In this document: in pieces, positions 41,795 to 55,004 of the stretch | Position numbering within the stretch: position 1 is the stretch's first letter | How the letters are laid out: every line of letters starts with the position of its first letter | Assembly (NCBI RefSeq): GCF_006345805.1 | Contig: NC_043003.1 | Span: 33,976,001-34,040,000 of the forward strand | Origin: Octopus sinensis | Taxonomy: Eukaryota | Length of the DNA stretch: 64,000 nucleotides | Reading direction: 5' to 3' | Made by a program: the position numbers and the translations under genes | Notes under the pieces: model-generated | The model's database searches: none | The model's input: the letters and a program-made list of their open reading frames with translations, nothing else | Told to the model about the DNA's origin: nothing

Positions 41795-41842
41795 GTCTCT
41801 GATGAAGGGATATACATAATATCCCAGAAACAGCTGTAAGAC
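41795..41842 (+). ncRNA. Minimal type I hammerhead ribozyme (canonical CUGAUGA)
   Basis: GUCU-CUGAUGA-A-GGGAUAU-ACAUA-AUAUCCC-A-GAA-AC-AGCU-GU-A-AGAC. Confidence 0.78.
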
Positions 41843-41908
41843 TATTTCATTTTCATTTTAAATGTCCTAAAACACACCTCTCAGCCCTGGATTTGTTATC
41901 TCATTCGG

Positions 41909-41956
<48 letters not shown>

Positions 41957-42494
41957 CTAATGAAAGCGGGTGGCTTAGTTGGGTTGAGCTACGTATTCTT
42001 GAGTAAGACGCTCGTTTTATTTTTCTCCAGTTCACTCAACAGGCAAAAAAGGAGTTGTATCTGTAATGCAAAGGGTCCTGCCTTGTCACATTCTGTATCT
42101 CGTTGAATCTCCCTTAGATTAAAGGCACGTGTGTCTGAGGGGTGCTCAACTACCTGCACGCTAATTTCACTAGTAGGCTGTTCCGTTGATTGAGTCAACA
42201 GGAACACTCGTTGTCGCAATGGACGGAGTACCAGTCTTGATAGTTCTATCACATCTGTTCATAAAGAAGTCTTTTTGCTCGGAAATAAATCGTTATTATT
42301 TATTTTGTGGGGATAAAAAATAACAATATATTCATGAAGAGTCGAAAGAGTGTCAACCTTGCTTTTCATTCTCTCTAAACCATTGCAACAATTACTTTTC
42401 CCATCTTTGAGGTAGATTCAGTCGGCTGTTACCTTCCTTCAAAATGTGTAATATCCTGACAAATTTATAAGTTAATATTATCTATTCTGTATAG

Positions 42495-42890
42495 CAGCGA
42501 GCTGGCAGAAACGTTAGCACGCAGGGCGAAGTGCGTAGCCGTATTTCGTCTGCCGTTACGTTCTGAGTTCAAATTCTGCCGAGATCGACTTTGCCTTTCA
42601 TCCTTTCGGGGTCGATTAAATAAGTACCAGTTACGCACTGGAGTCGATATAATCGACTTAATCCGTTTGTCTGTCCTTGTTTGTCCCCTCTGTTTGTGGG
42701 CTGTAAAGAAATATGTATTTCGTCTGTCTTTACGTTCTGAGTTCAAATTCCGCCGAGGTCGCCTTTGCCTTTCATCCTTTCGGGGCCGACAAGTACCAGT
42801 TGCGTACTGGGGTCGATTTAATCGTTGGCACTCTCCCCCAAAATTTCGGGCCTTGTGCCTAGAGTATGATAGAATATTATCTATTCTGTG
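42495..42890 (+). mobile_element. Deu/Nin-like SINE dimer
   Basis: Unit restarts at tgtaaagaaatatgtatttcgtctg. Confidence 0.85.
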
Positions 42891-44349
42891 ATTACCCCAG
42901 CCCCAAATGTAAAAATACGATCCCATACGGCCTCTCCATGGCCCAGTTTCAATTACTTGTAAAGTCAATTATATTCACTTCAGTTCTTAATTTTCTGTAC
43001 AAATTATGTGTGTCACGCAATCTTATTCTCTAAAATACTTTTAGCTTGATATTTAAATAATGCATTATCTTTATCTGGTAATGCAGTAAGACAATAGCAG
43101 CTAAAGTCCTAATTTAATGCTTTATTCCGTTGTCAATACTTCCGTAGAAATTATTTACTGGAATGGATCAAATATTTATCATGAGTTTAATGGCGGAGTG
43201 ACTTCAGTGTAAGTCCATTTGGCACAAGACTAGCTTCCTGTCGAGTTCATTGATATAGATGAGAGGTGCAGATAGCAAAATCAGTATATCACATATCATC
43301 GAGTTCCAATTCTTTGGGATCGTTATACCTCAATAAACTTATCTCTGAATGTAATTTGATTCATATTTTCAAGGCCTGTGGCCAATTAGTTAGGATATCC
43401 TTGTCATGACCATAAAGGTTGATGGTTCAATTCATAGAACAGAAAGCGTGTTGTGTTCCTGAGTAATACTCAATATTTCCTATTATCCTAATCTACTAAG
43501 CTGTAATAGTTATCAACTGGGGACTGATGCAGCACCTTCTCTCTCTGTACCAATCCATACTCACTTACGATTGACAGATGGCTGTACTATAAACAGATTA
43601 TAGTTGGCTCTAATAACCGTAGCAATGTTTTGTTCCGCTAGCGATCACCTCCGTCTCCTGTCTGCCTGTTTGGATCGAAAAATATTTAAATTTTGAATTC
43701 TTATTTTGGCGTCAAAGAAAAGATGATAAGACACGGTCTTGCTTACACGCGAACAAAAATCCCATCTTAAAATACCTTGATAAAGAAATAGCTGACGCTC
43801 CAGTATCGGAGCGAAAAGCAGTTGTCGAGACAATGCGATTCCTTGCAATAATAGCAATTTTTGGGTAATAAAAGTAAAACTTAACGGATATACGCAACCA
43901 TTTGCAAGAATATCAAAGACCAAATAAAACACTTCAACATAATACACAAGGAAGATTCAAATGAGGCATATATCTATAGGGTAATAGGATCATAGTATTT
44001 GAAAATAAAAAAAACAGCTTCATATAGAACTTTAAACCAAATCGGTAACAGTGGCATGGAGGACATGCACTGCAACAAAGAATCGATGCATCAACCATTT
44101 GTTGGTGATTCCCTATTAACTCTTGGCGGAGGATGCTTCTGCACCACTGAGAGGCAACCCTTCAACCAATTGGTCTGTATGGGTAGTCGTTGCTGGTGAA
44201 ACTTCTACGAAGGAAGAAGGAAAATCCTACCACGATCTTTTTAGTCACCTTTTACGACACACAGGAAATATTGGGTCTATTCTTTGACATACCCACACAG
44301 CAAAAGCAGAGCACTCACTCCAAAATCCGAGAAATTTCTTCTAGCTCTG

Positions 44350-44600
44350 AACCTGTTAAAGTACGTGCTGTCTCGAGTCTTCGAACATATGCGGCCGGTC
44401 TTGGTCTCCCAGTTTTCTATGACGTAGAAGTCCTGAAATGGGTGCCAGTCAATCGTAGAGTTACTCACTTACAGCTAAGTGGATTGAACAGCGGGAAATG
44501 AAGTGTCTTGCTCAAGAGCACAACGCGCCGTCTGGTGCGTAGATCGAATCTACGATCTTGCGATCATAAGCGCAATACCCTAATCACTAGGCTACGCAAC
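44350..44600 (-). mobile_element. Diverged tRNA-derived SINE (32908 family)
   Basis: Reverse complement tagcctagtgattaggg...gcgttgtgctcttgagcaagacacttcatttc...gactggcaccc. Confidence 0.7.
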
Positions 44601-46873
44601 TGCTGAACCAGTTATAATGATTTAATAAATTAGTTGAGGAAAAGCTGCACATTGGTTTAAGTTTGAGATTTGTGTTTTCGGTATAGTCATGTCATATGTC
44701 ATTATATAATTTGTGAATTAGAGATTGTGTTATAAAACGTGGTAAATAAATATATGCACAAATAAAGTAAAATGAGTGTCATATGGAAGTTTATCAGGAG
44801 TCTTGGACATATTTTTCATTTCTAAAATGAAAATCTCAAGAAGGGAATCCTCAGGCGATATCAGTTAAAGATGGAGCTATCGTTTCAGTTTTCATTCTCA
44901 ACTAAATATTCTTTAGAAGGTTTCATATGAATCGATGTAGTTTCGTAATTTATCAGCTTTACATCGTTTTTAATTGGTTCAATTTTAACGGTGCATGTAG
45001 TTTGAAACCTTCTAAAAGACTTGAATTCCTGTCAAAATATTCATTGAGCGAATCAGTGAAATTCTATCACTTTTTCAAAACTAATATATCATTTACTCCA
45101 AGATTAAAAAAGAGATTTCTTAACTTCCTTGTGAAGATCACATTTTAATAAAAATACAAAAGGAAAGTTCCATTTTTTTTTTATTTTCACCAAATTTTCA
45201 TAATGTTTTTTGTTTTGACATTTCAAGATGTCTGCATGGAACATTTCTGAGACAATTACGTAAGTGATAGTCAAACTGTCATTCATTGTTATTAATGATA
45301 TGAGCTCTCATGTACAATGATAAACAAACTACCTCTTGTCAACTCCGTTTAGGACAAACACTATGGTATATTCTCTTTTCATAAATGCCACGTATTCGGC
45401 AGCTGCTATTTATGATGTAATTTGAAATAATCTTAGTCCTTTTTTGAGCAAATATTTGTTAAGTTCATTGATTAAAAAATATCTCTGTTGCCGCATTCGG
45501 TTATTGGTCTTTCAACTACAAATTTCAGAGTTTGCAAGGGATTATTCAGTTTTCTTTTCTTTTTCTTCCTTTTTATTCTATTCTATTTTATTTTATTTTA
45601 TTACTTTCAGTTTCTAATATGCATCAACAGCCACTGAGATTTGTTATCTTACTAGGTTTATTAAAAATATTCGAGTACTACCTGATCTGGTAATAGTTTT
45701 AGCGAGGTTCTATTTCGAAATAGAGAACAAGTACTTGGTATATTGATCGGAAGAGGTACTTGGGGGTTTAGGTTATTTTCATTGTTGATGTTTGGCGATC
45801 TGATCTAAAACATGTAAAGTCGACTGATGAACGACGTATGATGAGTACATGTATGGTTCCAAACACATCAGGGTGCCATCAAGGAAGGGCCATACTACGC
45901 AATTAGACGTGCTGGGGCTTATCTTATGGGATGTAGTGTTATATATCTCCCATTTCCAATATGTATGTTACAGACCTTACGACACAGAAAGCCCAGCAAA
46001 GATTATTCCTACCAGAATTATAACTGCTCGATTCAACCCAACACTGTCAGTCCCAGAAAACAAAAAGAATAGCGCCATCAAACGGAGAATCTGGAGGCTG
46101 CTGATTCAACGGCACGAAGGGTCGAAATTTCTAAATGAATTCAGAAGAATGCATCATTTTCGGTCCCAGCAACCAACGAAACATACGAGGAACCCTTTTC
46201 TCCTGGCACAACTTGACGTCATAGTGAGATGGAGTGAGAGGCAAGAGGGTAGTGCACTATAGCAAAAACAACAGCAACTAACCTCTGTTCTCAAAATGCT
46301 AACCAGTATCAGCATCACTCAATCGTCTTATGACGAGAAGGAGTTGATGAGGGAGAAGGTGACGAGATGGCGAGTGGGGCTGTGAAAAAAAATTCCAAAA
46401 CTGTGTGGAAGAACACACAAAAACGAAAAAATACAGAGAAGTTTTCAAATACGGTTATGAACATCAACAAAAGACAACATTAAAATTTGGGAAGAATCAC
46501 TTTCCAGTTAAGAACAACAAAAACTATGCTATTTCTTAGAACAGCAATAATACGTAACTCATCTCAGAGCAACAACAATACGACGATGACAATGCAGTCG
46601 ATGAATTGCATATCACAGTCCTTCAAAGATCGAGCCAGGATACAATAGGCAGAATCACATATTTGTGATGCAATGAGATTTGCAGAGATATATTTATTAC
46701 TTAGAAGTAACTAGGAGTGAAAAGACATTCAAAACATAGCATGATGCTAAAGATAATCGAAGGCATGAGAAAATAAAATAGGTACTGATTGAAGATGTGA
46801 ATTGTTTCCCACCCTAACGAGAGCCTTTAGATGCACGAGGCTGCAGTAAAACTAATGATTATTCAGAAGAGAC

Positions 46874-47160
46874 TGTAGCGGTAGCTGATATCCGAACGGT
46901 TGGTCAAATAAACTGGCACAAGGTCACCAATGGGGACGTTCGAATGAACGTAAGGCCACTCAAAAATGAATTAATAAACTGCGTGTTTGAAAACGGCGGG
47001 TCACCAATGTAGGAATACGACCGTATGTGAGGAGGTTGGCGACATAGGTGACCCGCCGTTTTCAAACACGCAGTCATTATTATTTCTCAGTGGCCTTACG
47101 TTCATTGGTGACCTAGTGCCAGTTTATTTGACAACCGTTCGGATATCAGCTACCGCTACA
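46874..47160. mobile_element. Palindromic MITE with TGT...ACA ends and 4-bp TSD (Ginger-like)
   Basis: Arms 46874-47010 and 47042-47160; TSD agac at 46870-46873 and 47161-47164. Confidence 0.8.
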
Positions 47161-47519
47161 AGACATAGGTTGTCCTGGCTCAACCTAGCCGCGCGTTTTA
47201 CTCCCGTGTGGGAACAGAACTTTGAATGTTTTACAAGATACCTTTTTCCCTTTAAATTATATCTTGTTTTAATTACTCTGTTTTACTATATCTATTGATA
47301 TTTATTTCATTTAATTATATGGGGTTTTGGAAGTCTTTTGCTTGTCTCTACTTTAAATATCGTTGTCATTGCTGATACTTTTGTTTAGCATTCTTTGAGC
47401 GGACTTGTGAAGGAACATATTCTAACCATAACAATCGCGATACCTTTCAGGTATTTTTTGACAGAGATTACACTATCCATGAAGTCCTTCATTTAAAAAA
47501 AAATTTGTACAATATCCTT

Positions 47520-47690
47520 TACTTGTTTCAGTCATATCACTTAGGCCCCTTTCTTGTCCTAAAAGTCGACTCCAGGACTTATTCTTTGTAAGCCTAGTAC
47601 TTATTCTATCGGTCACTTTTGCCGAACCGCTAAGTTACGGGAACGTAAACACACCAGCATCGGTTGTCAAGCGATGGTGGGGAGTCATAC
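47520..47690 (+). mobile_element. SINE-like repeat (2150 family)
   Basis: acttgtttcagtcat...gccgaaccgctaagttacgg. Confidence 0.75.
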
Positions 47691-47884
47691 ATAGACACAC
47701 AAACGCGCGCGCGCACACACACACATTTATATATATATATATATATGTGTGTGTGTATATATATATATATATATAAGTACAACGGGCTTCTTTCAGTTTC
47801 CGTCTACCAAATATACTGACAAGGCTTTGGTCGGCCTGCGGCTATTGTGGGACTGAACCCAGGACCATGTGGTTGGGAAGTAAG

Positions 47885-49102
47885 GGATCTTTTCATTTTC
47901 AAGGCGTGATTGTCAGATTTTTCTAGTTAACTAAATAATTTGAAACTTCGTATACTGGTAGAGTTTCTCAAAAGAAAACACTAGTTTCAACTTGTTTATT
48001 TGAGAAAAATGTATTTTATAACTTTAAGGATAGATTAAATCTGCGAATTTTAACCACTCGTATTGTTTGTTTTCATTTGAAATAATTAACTGCATTATCT
48101 TAGTGTGACGTAGAAAGCTATTTTGTGACGTAGACAGCTGTGCGTAGGTCTGTGTTTTGTGTGCGTGTGTGTGTGTGTGTTTGATGGTGTGTGGGAGACA
48201 GAAAGTATGTTGTGTAAGTGAAGTGCTTCTGTTAGTGTGTGTGAAGAGACAGAGAGAGTAATGTGTGAAAGAGAGAGATAACTGAAATTTTTTACTCGGT
48301 GTATGTGTATATGTATGTATGCATGTGTGTGTGTGTGTGTATGTATCTATGTATGTGTGTGTGTATGTATGTGTATATGTGTGTGTATATATGTGTGTGT
48401 GTGTATGTATGTATGGCCGATTCAGTGTTTACATTATTTCGAGTTAAAACGAAAGATTACAAAAAAACATTTTGTCTATATCTTCGATCACTGTCATTAT
48501 TCCATTGAGTCAACCTCATTATTTTCTACATAGCAAAGGTAATCTTTCGTTTTAACTCGAAATAATGTAAACACTGAATCGGCCATACATACATACACAC
48601 ACACACATACATACACACACACACATACATACACACACATACGAAAGATTGCCAAAGATAAAAAGTTACAGAAATAAAAGTTACACGAATAAAGTAAGGA
48701 ATAAAAATCACAAAAAATATACGAAAATTTACAAAAACTAAGTTAGTTATATAATATATAAGTTTAATATATAAGTTAGTTAATAATATATAAAAAAAAT
48801 GTGAATAAAAACTAAACGAATACGGTAACCGGGTGTTTACATTTCACGTATGTTAACTACGTCAGCAAAATAGCCGTTTACGTCTTTTGAGACGGAGTAA
48901 ATAATATGAAGCCGAAAGACCGAATACCATTGGTTAAAATTCTAATTATTAAACAACGTTAAACTTTGAAATTACAATTCCGTTTTCATTCTGGTTTACA
49001 ATTATGTTTTCTTTTGACACATTCTACCAGTATACGAAGTTTCAAATTGTTTGGTTAAGTAGGAAAAATCTGACAAATCAGGCCTTGAAAATGAAAAGAT
49101 CC
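47885..49102. mobile_element. 1.2-kb non-autonomous TIR element (GGATC termini, ~100-bp imperfect TIRs, 8-9-bp TSD) inserted in a CORE-like SINE
   Basis: ggaagtaa duplicated at 47876-47883 and 49103-49110; SINE halves 47776-47883 and 49103-49135 rejoin. Confidence 0.88.
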
Positions 49103-49650
49103 GGAAGTAAACTTCTTACCTCACAGCCACACTTGCCCCAATAGCAGGATATTGTTTGAAAGAGATTTGATTGGAACTTTGTGGAAATTAAACAAACACT
49201 AATGGCTTGCTTTATTGGCTTAACTGGGGAAAAGTTAAAGATAATGGTAAAGAGGATAAAGTAACATAAAGATTTTGAGAGAAGTTATTAAGAAGAAAAA
49301 AGAAGTGCGAGTTCCAAATAGCGAAGAGGGGATATTTAGTGAGCATAAGAAATGGAAATATGCAAATATTTTAGAACAGAAATGTAAACTGTGGAATAAT
49401 GGTAGTAGGGCAGTGTACAAAATAGAATTATAGACTCTGTTGAAGAAGAGGAATAAAAGATGACAAGATGAGGTAAAAATAGAAAGTTTGATACACAAAG
49501 GAAAAAGACAGTAAACTAGAGAAGCTTGAAGAAAAAAATAGACGGGGAGACACTTGCAAGAAATATAGAGTGGGTTAGATCAATAGGTGAAAGCAAAAAA
49601 AAATAATAATAATAAGAGGGAGAGAGAGAAAGTAAAAGAAAACACAGATG

Positions 49651-49690
<40 letters not shown>

Positions 49691-50319
49691 AGGACGCCAG
49701 AAACACAAAAGAAACTGAGTCGGTGTATGAAATAAAGAGACATGGGTCAAGGGAGGGTAGAGAAAAGAAGAAAGGCAGAAAGAAAGAAAAAAAGGAAAAA
49801 AATCAAAAAGAAAGAAAGAAAGAAGAAAAGGGAGGAAGTCGGAGAGGCTTGAAGCAAACAAGTTTTGGTGAAAGCTTGCCACTTCTGTCGCCATGACGGT
49901 AGACATTGATTGGCATCCTGTCCAGAGCGGCGTGCTTTTGGTTTTAAGGAAGAAGAAGAGGAAGAGGAGGAGGAAGAATAAAACAGCAATGTTAGTCAGA
50001 ATAAATAAATAGATAAATAAAGATAAAAATAAATAAATAAAACCTCATTTTCTATAAGTGTGTTGGTCTTCTAACTTGGATGTCACTTCTGACATGCCTG
50101 GCAGGGATGTTACCGAATTAAAGAACTGGGCGATGTGGGAGATGACGGCAGAAGAGGCGACCACAACAATGACATCACCAACCAACAACCATAGTAACAT
50201 TAGCAACAGCAACAGAAGTAGTAGCAGTAGTAGCATCAGCAGCAACAGCAGTAGTAGCAGCAGCAGTAGCTTTTAAAAGACAACTGAATACTTAATACTA
50301 CAAATATTATTAAGGCGAG

Positions 50320-50890
50320 GGCGGCGAGCTGGCAGAAACGTTAGCACGCCGGGCGAAATGCTTAGCAGTATTTCGTCTGCCGCTACGTTCTGAGTTCAAA
50401 TTCCGCCGTGGTCGACTTTGCCTTTCATCCTTTCGGGGTCGATAAATTAAGTACCAGTTACGCACTGGGGTCGTTATAATCGAATTAATCCGTTTGTCTG
50501 TCCTTGTTTGTCCTCTCTGTGTTTAGCCCCTTGTGGATAGTAAAGAAATAAGTATTTCGTCTGCCGCTACGTTCTGAGTTCAAATTCTGCTGAGGTCAAC
50601 TTTACCTTTCATCCTTTCGGGGTCAATGAAATAAGTACTAGTTAATCACTTGGATCGACTTAATCCGTTTGTCTGTCCTTGTTTGTCCCCTCTGTGTTTA
50701 GCCCCTTGTGAGTAGTAAAGAAATATGTATTTCTTTTGACTTTACGTTGTGTGTTCAAATTCCGCTGAGGTCGACTTTGGTTTTTATCGTTAAGGGCTTG
50801 ATAAAATAAATATCGGCTGACCGCTGGGGTCGATGCAATAGGTTTACTTCTTCCTCAAAATTGCTGACCTTGTGCCAAAATTTGAAGCCA
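50320..50890 (+). mobile_element. Deu/Nin-like SINE trimer
   Basis: Units restart at about 50551 and 50726 after taaagaaata. Confidence 0.85.
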
Positions 50891-51179
50891 ATATTACTCT
50901 TTATGGCTTTGCTCGGACCTCTAGCACACAGCTAAACCAAGATCGCGAAAACTTATGATCAAAAGCATTCCAGTCCTATCTTTACCAGTCAAATCTTTAC
51001 CTTTCATTGTATATGTATTTTCCTTTATTTCGCCATTCAATTTTTTTTTTTTTTTACTATAACGGCAGCACGCGTGATTTGAGGGATATATAGCTGCTAT
51101 TTCTAGCCCGTTGTATGAAGATGCACAATCTACTACATAGACTTGTAACTATAAGTGTTGTGTTATTGCCGAGAGTTAA

Positions 51180-51600
51180 GGCTGCGAGCTGGCAGAATCG
51201 TTAGCGCGCCGGGCGAAATGCTTAGCAATATTCTGTCTGCCGTTACGTTCTGAGTTCAAATTCCGCTGAGGTTGACTTTGCCTTTCATCCTTTCGGGGTC
51301 GATAAATTAATTACCAGTTACGTACTGGGGTCGATGTAACCGACTTAATCCCTTTGTCTGTCCTTGTTTGTCCCCTCTATGTTTAGCCCCTTGTGGGCAA
51401 TAAAGAAATAAGAACCGTTAGCATGCCGGGCGAAATGCTTAGCGGTGTTTCGTCTGCCGCTAAATTATGATTTCAAATTCCGCCGTCATGAACTTTGCCT
51501 TTCATGCTTTGGGGGTCGATGAAATATGGTGCCAATTGAGTACTGGGGTCGATGTAATCGACTTACCCACTCTCCCAAACTTTCAGGTGTTGTTCCTATA
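51180..51600 (+). mobile_element. Deu/Nin-like SINE dimer
   Basis: Two consecutive units. Confidence 0.8.
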
Positions 51601-52368
51601 AGAAAAAAATATAACCGAGAGATAATAAATTGTTGATTTAAGGATTTGAGTCAGAATATATACCTGGTCTTATTTATTTCTGTTCTTTACGATCTGAGTT
51701 CATAGGCTGCCAATATCAGCATTGGTATTTCTCCCTGCGTGGTCGTTAAAGCTGAGTATCAATGTAACCGACTACCTGGTCCCCACAAAATTGCTGACCT
51801 AAATTAGAAATATTTGTTATATAGAACGGTGAGTTGCTGGTGTCATTAGAGCGCCGAACAAAATGTCAAGTGATATTTAGTAATGGCTCTTTAAGCTCTA
51901 AGTTCAGCTCCTGTCGAGATCAAATGTACTTTTTCTCCCTCCTGTTATTACCAATTTGCTTATCCCTGGAAATTATAGAAAATGGTTAATATTTCCTTTA
52001 AACTTTGCTTTTGCTACATTTATTCAAACCCCAAAGAATCCCTCTCGACACATTACTATGATGCTTCCCCAATACTCATGCGTTGGATGAGAGATGCACA
52101 GTTTGTAAGCCACTAAGGGACATGCTCAAGTGGTTAAGGCCAAGAAACTGATCAGAAAATTTATGAGGTTGAGCAGAATATTTACTATAACGATATTTCT
52201 GCTTCAGTAACACAGCGTTGAATCTGTCTGAAGTGTTATGAAAAATTGGTCAGTTTCAAGACATTGATATCCAGGTCACAAAAGCAAAGTTTCAAGTGAA
52301 TGGCAGTCATTTCCTTTGATTTCTAGATAGAAGCCAATAGGATAAAAACACTTACTGACCAAAGACAA

Positions 52369-52449
<81 letters not shown>

Positions 52450-52454
52450 TTACT

Positions 52455-52610
52455 ACCCACAAGGGGCTAAACACAGAGGGGACAAACAAGGACAGACAAA
52501 CGGATTGAGTCGGTTATATCGACCCCAGTGCGTAACTGGTACTTATTTAATCGACCCCAAAAGGATGAAAGGCAAAGTAGGCCTCGGCGGAATTTGAACT
52601 GACACAGCCG
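52455..52610 (-). mobile_element. Deu/Nin-like SINE, 5'-truncated, next to an (AAT)n(ATT)n tract
   Basis: cccacaaggggctaaacacagaggggacaaacaagg. Confidence 0.8.
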
Positions 52611-53324
52611 AATCAGTAAAAGAAACTCAAATGATGAGCTGATTCGAGGATGCGCCCTAGATTTTTCTACAGACTTATAACTGTGTACTTCTACAGATAT
52701 ATAAATGTGCATATTGTCTTTCAAGAGTAGGCGACCCAAAACAATTTGAATCATTGTTTGTTTGAGTTTTACTCAGCCTCCATATATTTTGTACTTATTT
52801 CTGGTACTCTGCCTCTTTCTATGATTTTGGAGGTTTGAAGTAGGAATACTCTTGTCTTGTACCGCCATAAAACCAACTGACTTCAGCTCTTATGCTTCTC
52901 AACCATCAACCAGTGCTCAGTTTTTTCTGCATTTAATTTTGTTTCGTAGGTTTTTGTGGAGGTATTAGCTCCATAGGCAGTTTGCTTCTTAACGTTCGTT
53001 TCATTCACCATAACATTCCGTAGTAGACTTTTCAACTTAGTTTAATTTTTTTTAACATGTTCTGTTAAGCTTTTCTGTTCTCGTTACAGCTGTCCGTTAT
53101 CACAATTCTATTTGCTGTATATTTGTTAGATTCCGCGAAGACAGATTTTGCTTTATATATTTGTTCACGTTTTGTAGATCTTTCTATAATTTTCTATTCC
53201 GTTTTTAACAGAGTCATTTGTAGTGTAAATATTTTTTCTATAATAATTTACTAGTCGCAGGAAATCATTTAGTCTTCTCAGGTCGTTTTTTTGTACAACG
53301 TATTTCAATGCTATCATTGAAGTC

Positions 53325-53760
53325 GACGAGCTGACAGAATCGTGAGTAAGCCGGGCAAAATGATTAGCGGCATTTCGTCCTTCTTTACGTTCTGAGTTCA
53401 AATTTCGCCTGGGTCGACATTGCCTCTCATCCTTTTGGCATCGATGAAATAAGTACCAGTCAAGCACCAAGGTCGATGCAATCGACTATCCACCTCCACC
53501 AAAATTTCAGGCTTTGTTCCTATTATAGAAAGGGTTATTATTATAAGGTGGCGAGGTGGCAGAATCGTTAGCACGCTAGACGAATTACTTGGCAGTATTT
53601 TGCTCGTCGCTATATTCTGAGTTCAAATTCCGCCTGGGTCGACTTTGCCTTTCATCCTTTCGGGGTCGAGAAATTAAATACGATTTGCGTACTGGGTCGA
53701 TCTAATCGACTGTCCCCCTCCCGCAAAATTTCGAGCCTTGTGCCTAAAGTAGAAAAGATT
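53325..53760 (+). mobile_element. Two adjacent Deu/Nin-like SINE copies
   Basis: Heads at about 53325 and 53548. Confidence 0.8.
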
Positions 53761-54564
53761 ACTATTTCTATTATTATAATTTCTTTTTAAAAGACCCAAG
53801 GATTATCATTAGCTACACTTACTTCCAGACTAGAATTCTTTTAAATCATTTGCTGTTGGTGTTGCATTAATTTCCACTTCTTGATAAATTCGGTTTTGGT
53901 AGAAGTCGAACAATGTGGTTCGTGTAAGCTATCATAGTATTTTTCATAATGATGGATTTTTTGTGATTTAGCGAGAATCTGAAGCTGTTGTATCATCTTT
54001 CCATTTTGTCATTGGTATTTTCGTTATAATTTTATAATTAATGACTGATAAGCGATAGTTTATATTTCCTACTTCCTCTATAAGTCTGTTTTCCATGACG
54101 TTTGTTGTTGGGTGTTTTGATATTGCTATTTATGTCACTACTGAATATAATATTTCTTTTGTATTGATGATATTGGTGATATTGATGTTTGTTCCTGTTT
54201 TCTGTTAGTCTACGATGGTAAAATTTGTTGTAAGTGTGTACGAATTTGATTTTATTGTATTTTGTTATTTTGTTCGGTAGTTTGTTTTACATGATGCGTT
54301 ATATATATATATCTGCATCGAAAATAACAAAGTTCTTTTAATGTTCCTGTAATGTTTTTATTCTTCTGTTATATATTTTGTTTGTTATACTATATTTCGT
54401 TGAAATTCATGAGATCTATTTATATATTTTAAAACTTTTAACTGGATCCCAATATAGAAGCTAATTTTTAAAAAAATCTAGTATGATAGTATTTAAAGTT
54501 ATTCTTTAGATCAGAGTTGTTTCCTTTGCAAATATTATAAATGTGCTCAGAAAAAAAGAGAGTT

Positions 54565-54597
54565 ATTGACGTTTCGAGCGTAACTCTTGGTCGGAAA
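54565..54597 (-). ncRNA. Degenerate minimal hammerhead remnant (core CCGACCA)
   Basis: UUU-CCGACCA-A-GAGU-UAC-GCUC-GAA-ACGU-C-AAU; related to the 30424 family. Confidence 0.4.
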
Positions 54598-55004
54598 GGA
54601 AAAAAGAAAAGGAGAAATGTCCAAAGAAGGAAAAAGTCACCAACAGCACGTGTGTATATTGCTGATAATATAATATAATATTATATGTGTGTGTGTATTT
54701 GTGTGGCTGTATGCGCGCGCCGGCATTAATCATGATAAAGAACCGTTTTTGCCTTCTAGGAAAAATCTGTTTTGTAACGTGATATTCATTTTCCATGAAG
54801 TTGGATTGTACATGGAATTCTTCAATGAACGGGAAACTCAGAGGCAATCCGCTTTACTATATGCAATCCTGCGCTTTTTACAGGATTTTAGGAACAGAAC
54901 GCTTATGTAGTTAATGGTCATTCTGCATAGCATTTTATAGGCAAACCCATGGTAAATTTCCATATTATTTGCTATGACGTTAACAGTCACTCGTCTCTTT
55001 GATC

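Larger units (their letters stand above)
41614..41913. repeat. 300-bp foldback between (TA)n tracts, one hammerhead per arm
   Basis: ttagaccgaatgagataacaaatccagggctgagag ... ctctcagccctggatttgttatctcattcggtctaa; centre ttcgaattat/ataattcgaa. Confidence 0.92.

Noticed and set aside
45849-46262. 137-aa ORF
   Set aside because: No recognisable motif; alternative frames look equally decayed.
53850-54450. Strand-biased AT-rich tract resembling a decayed Penelope ORF
   Set aside because: No motif could be read with confidence.
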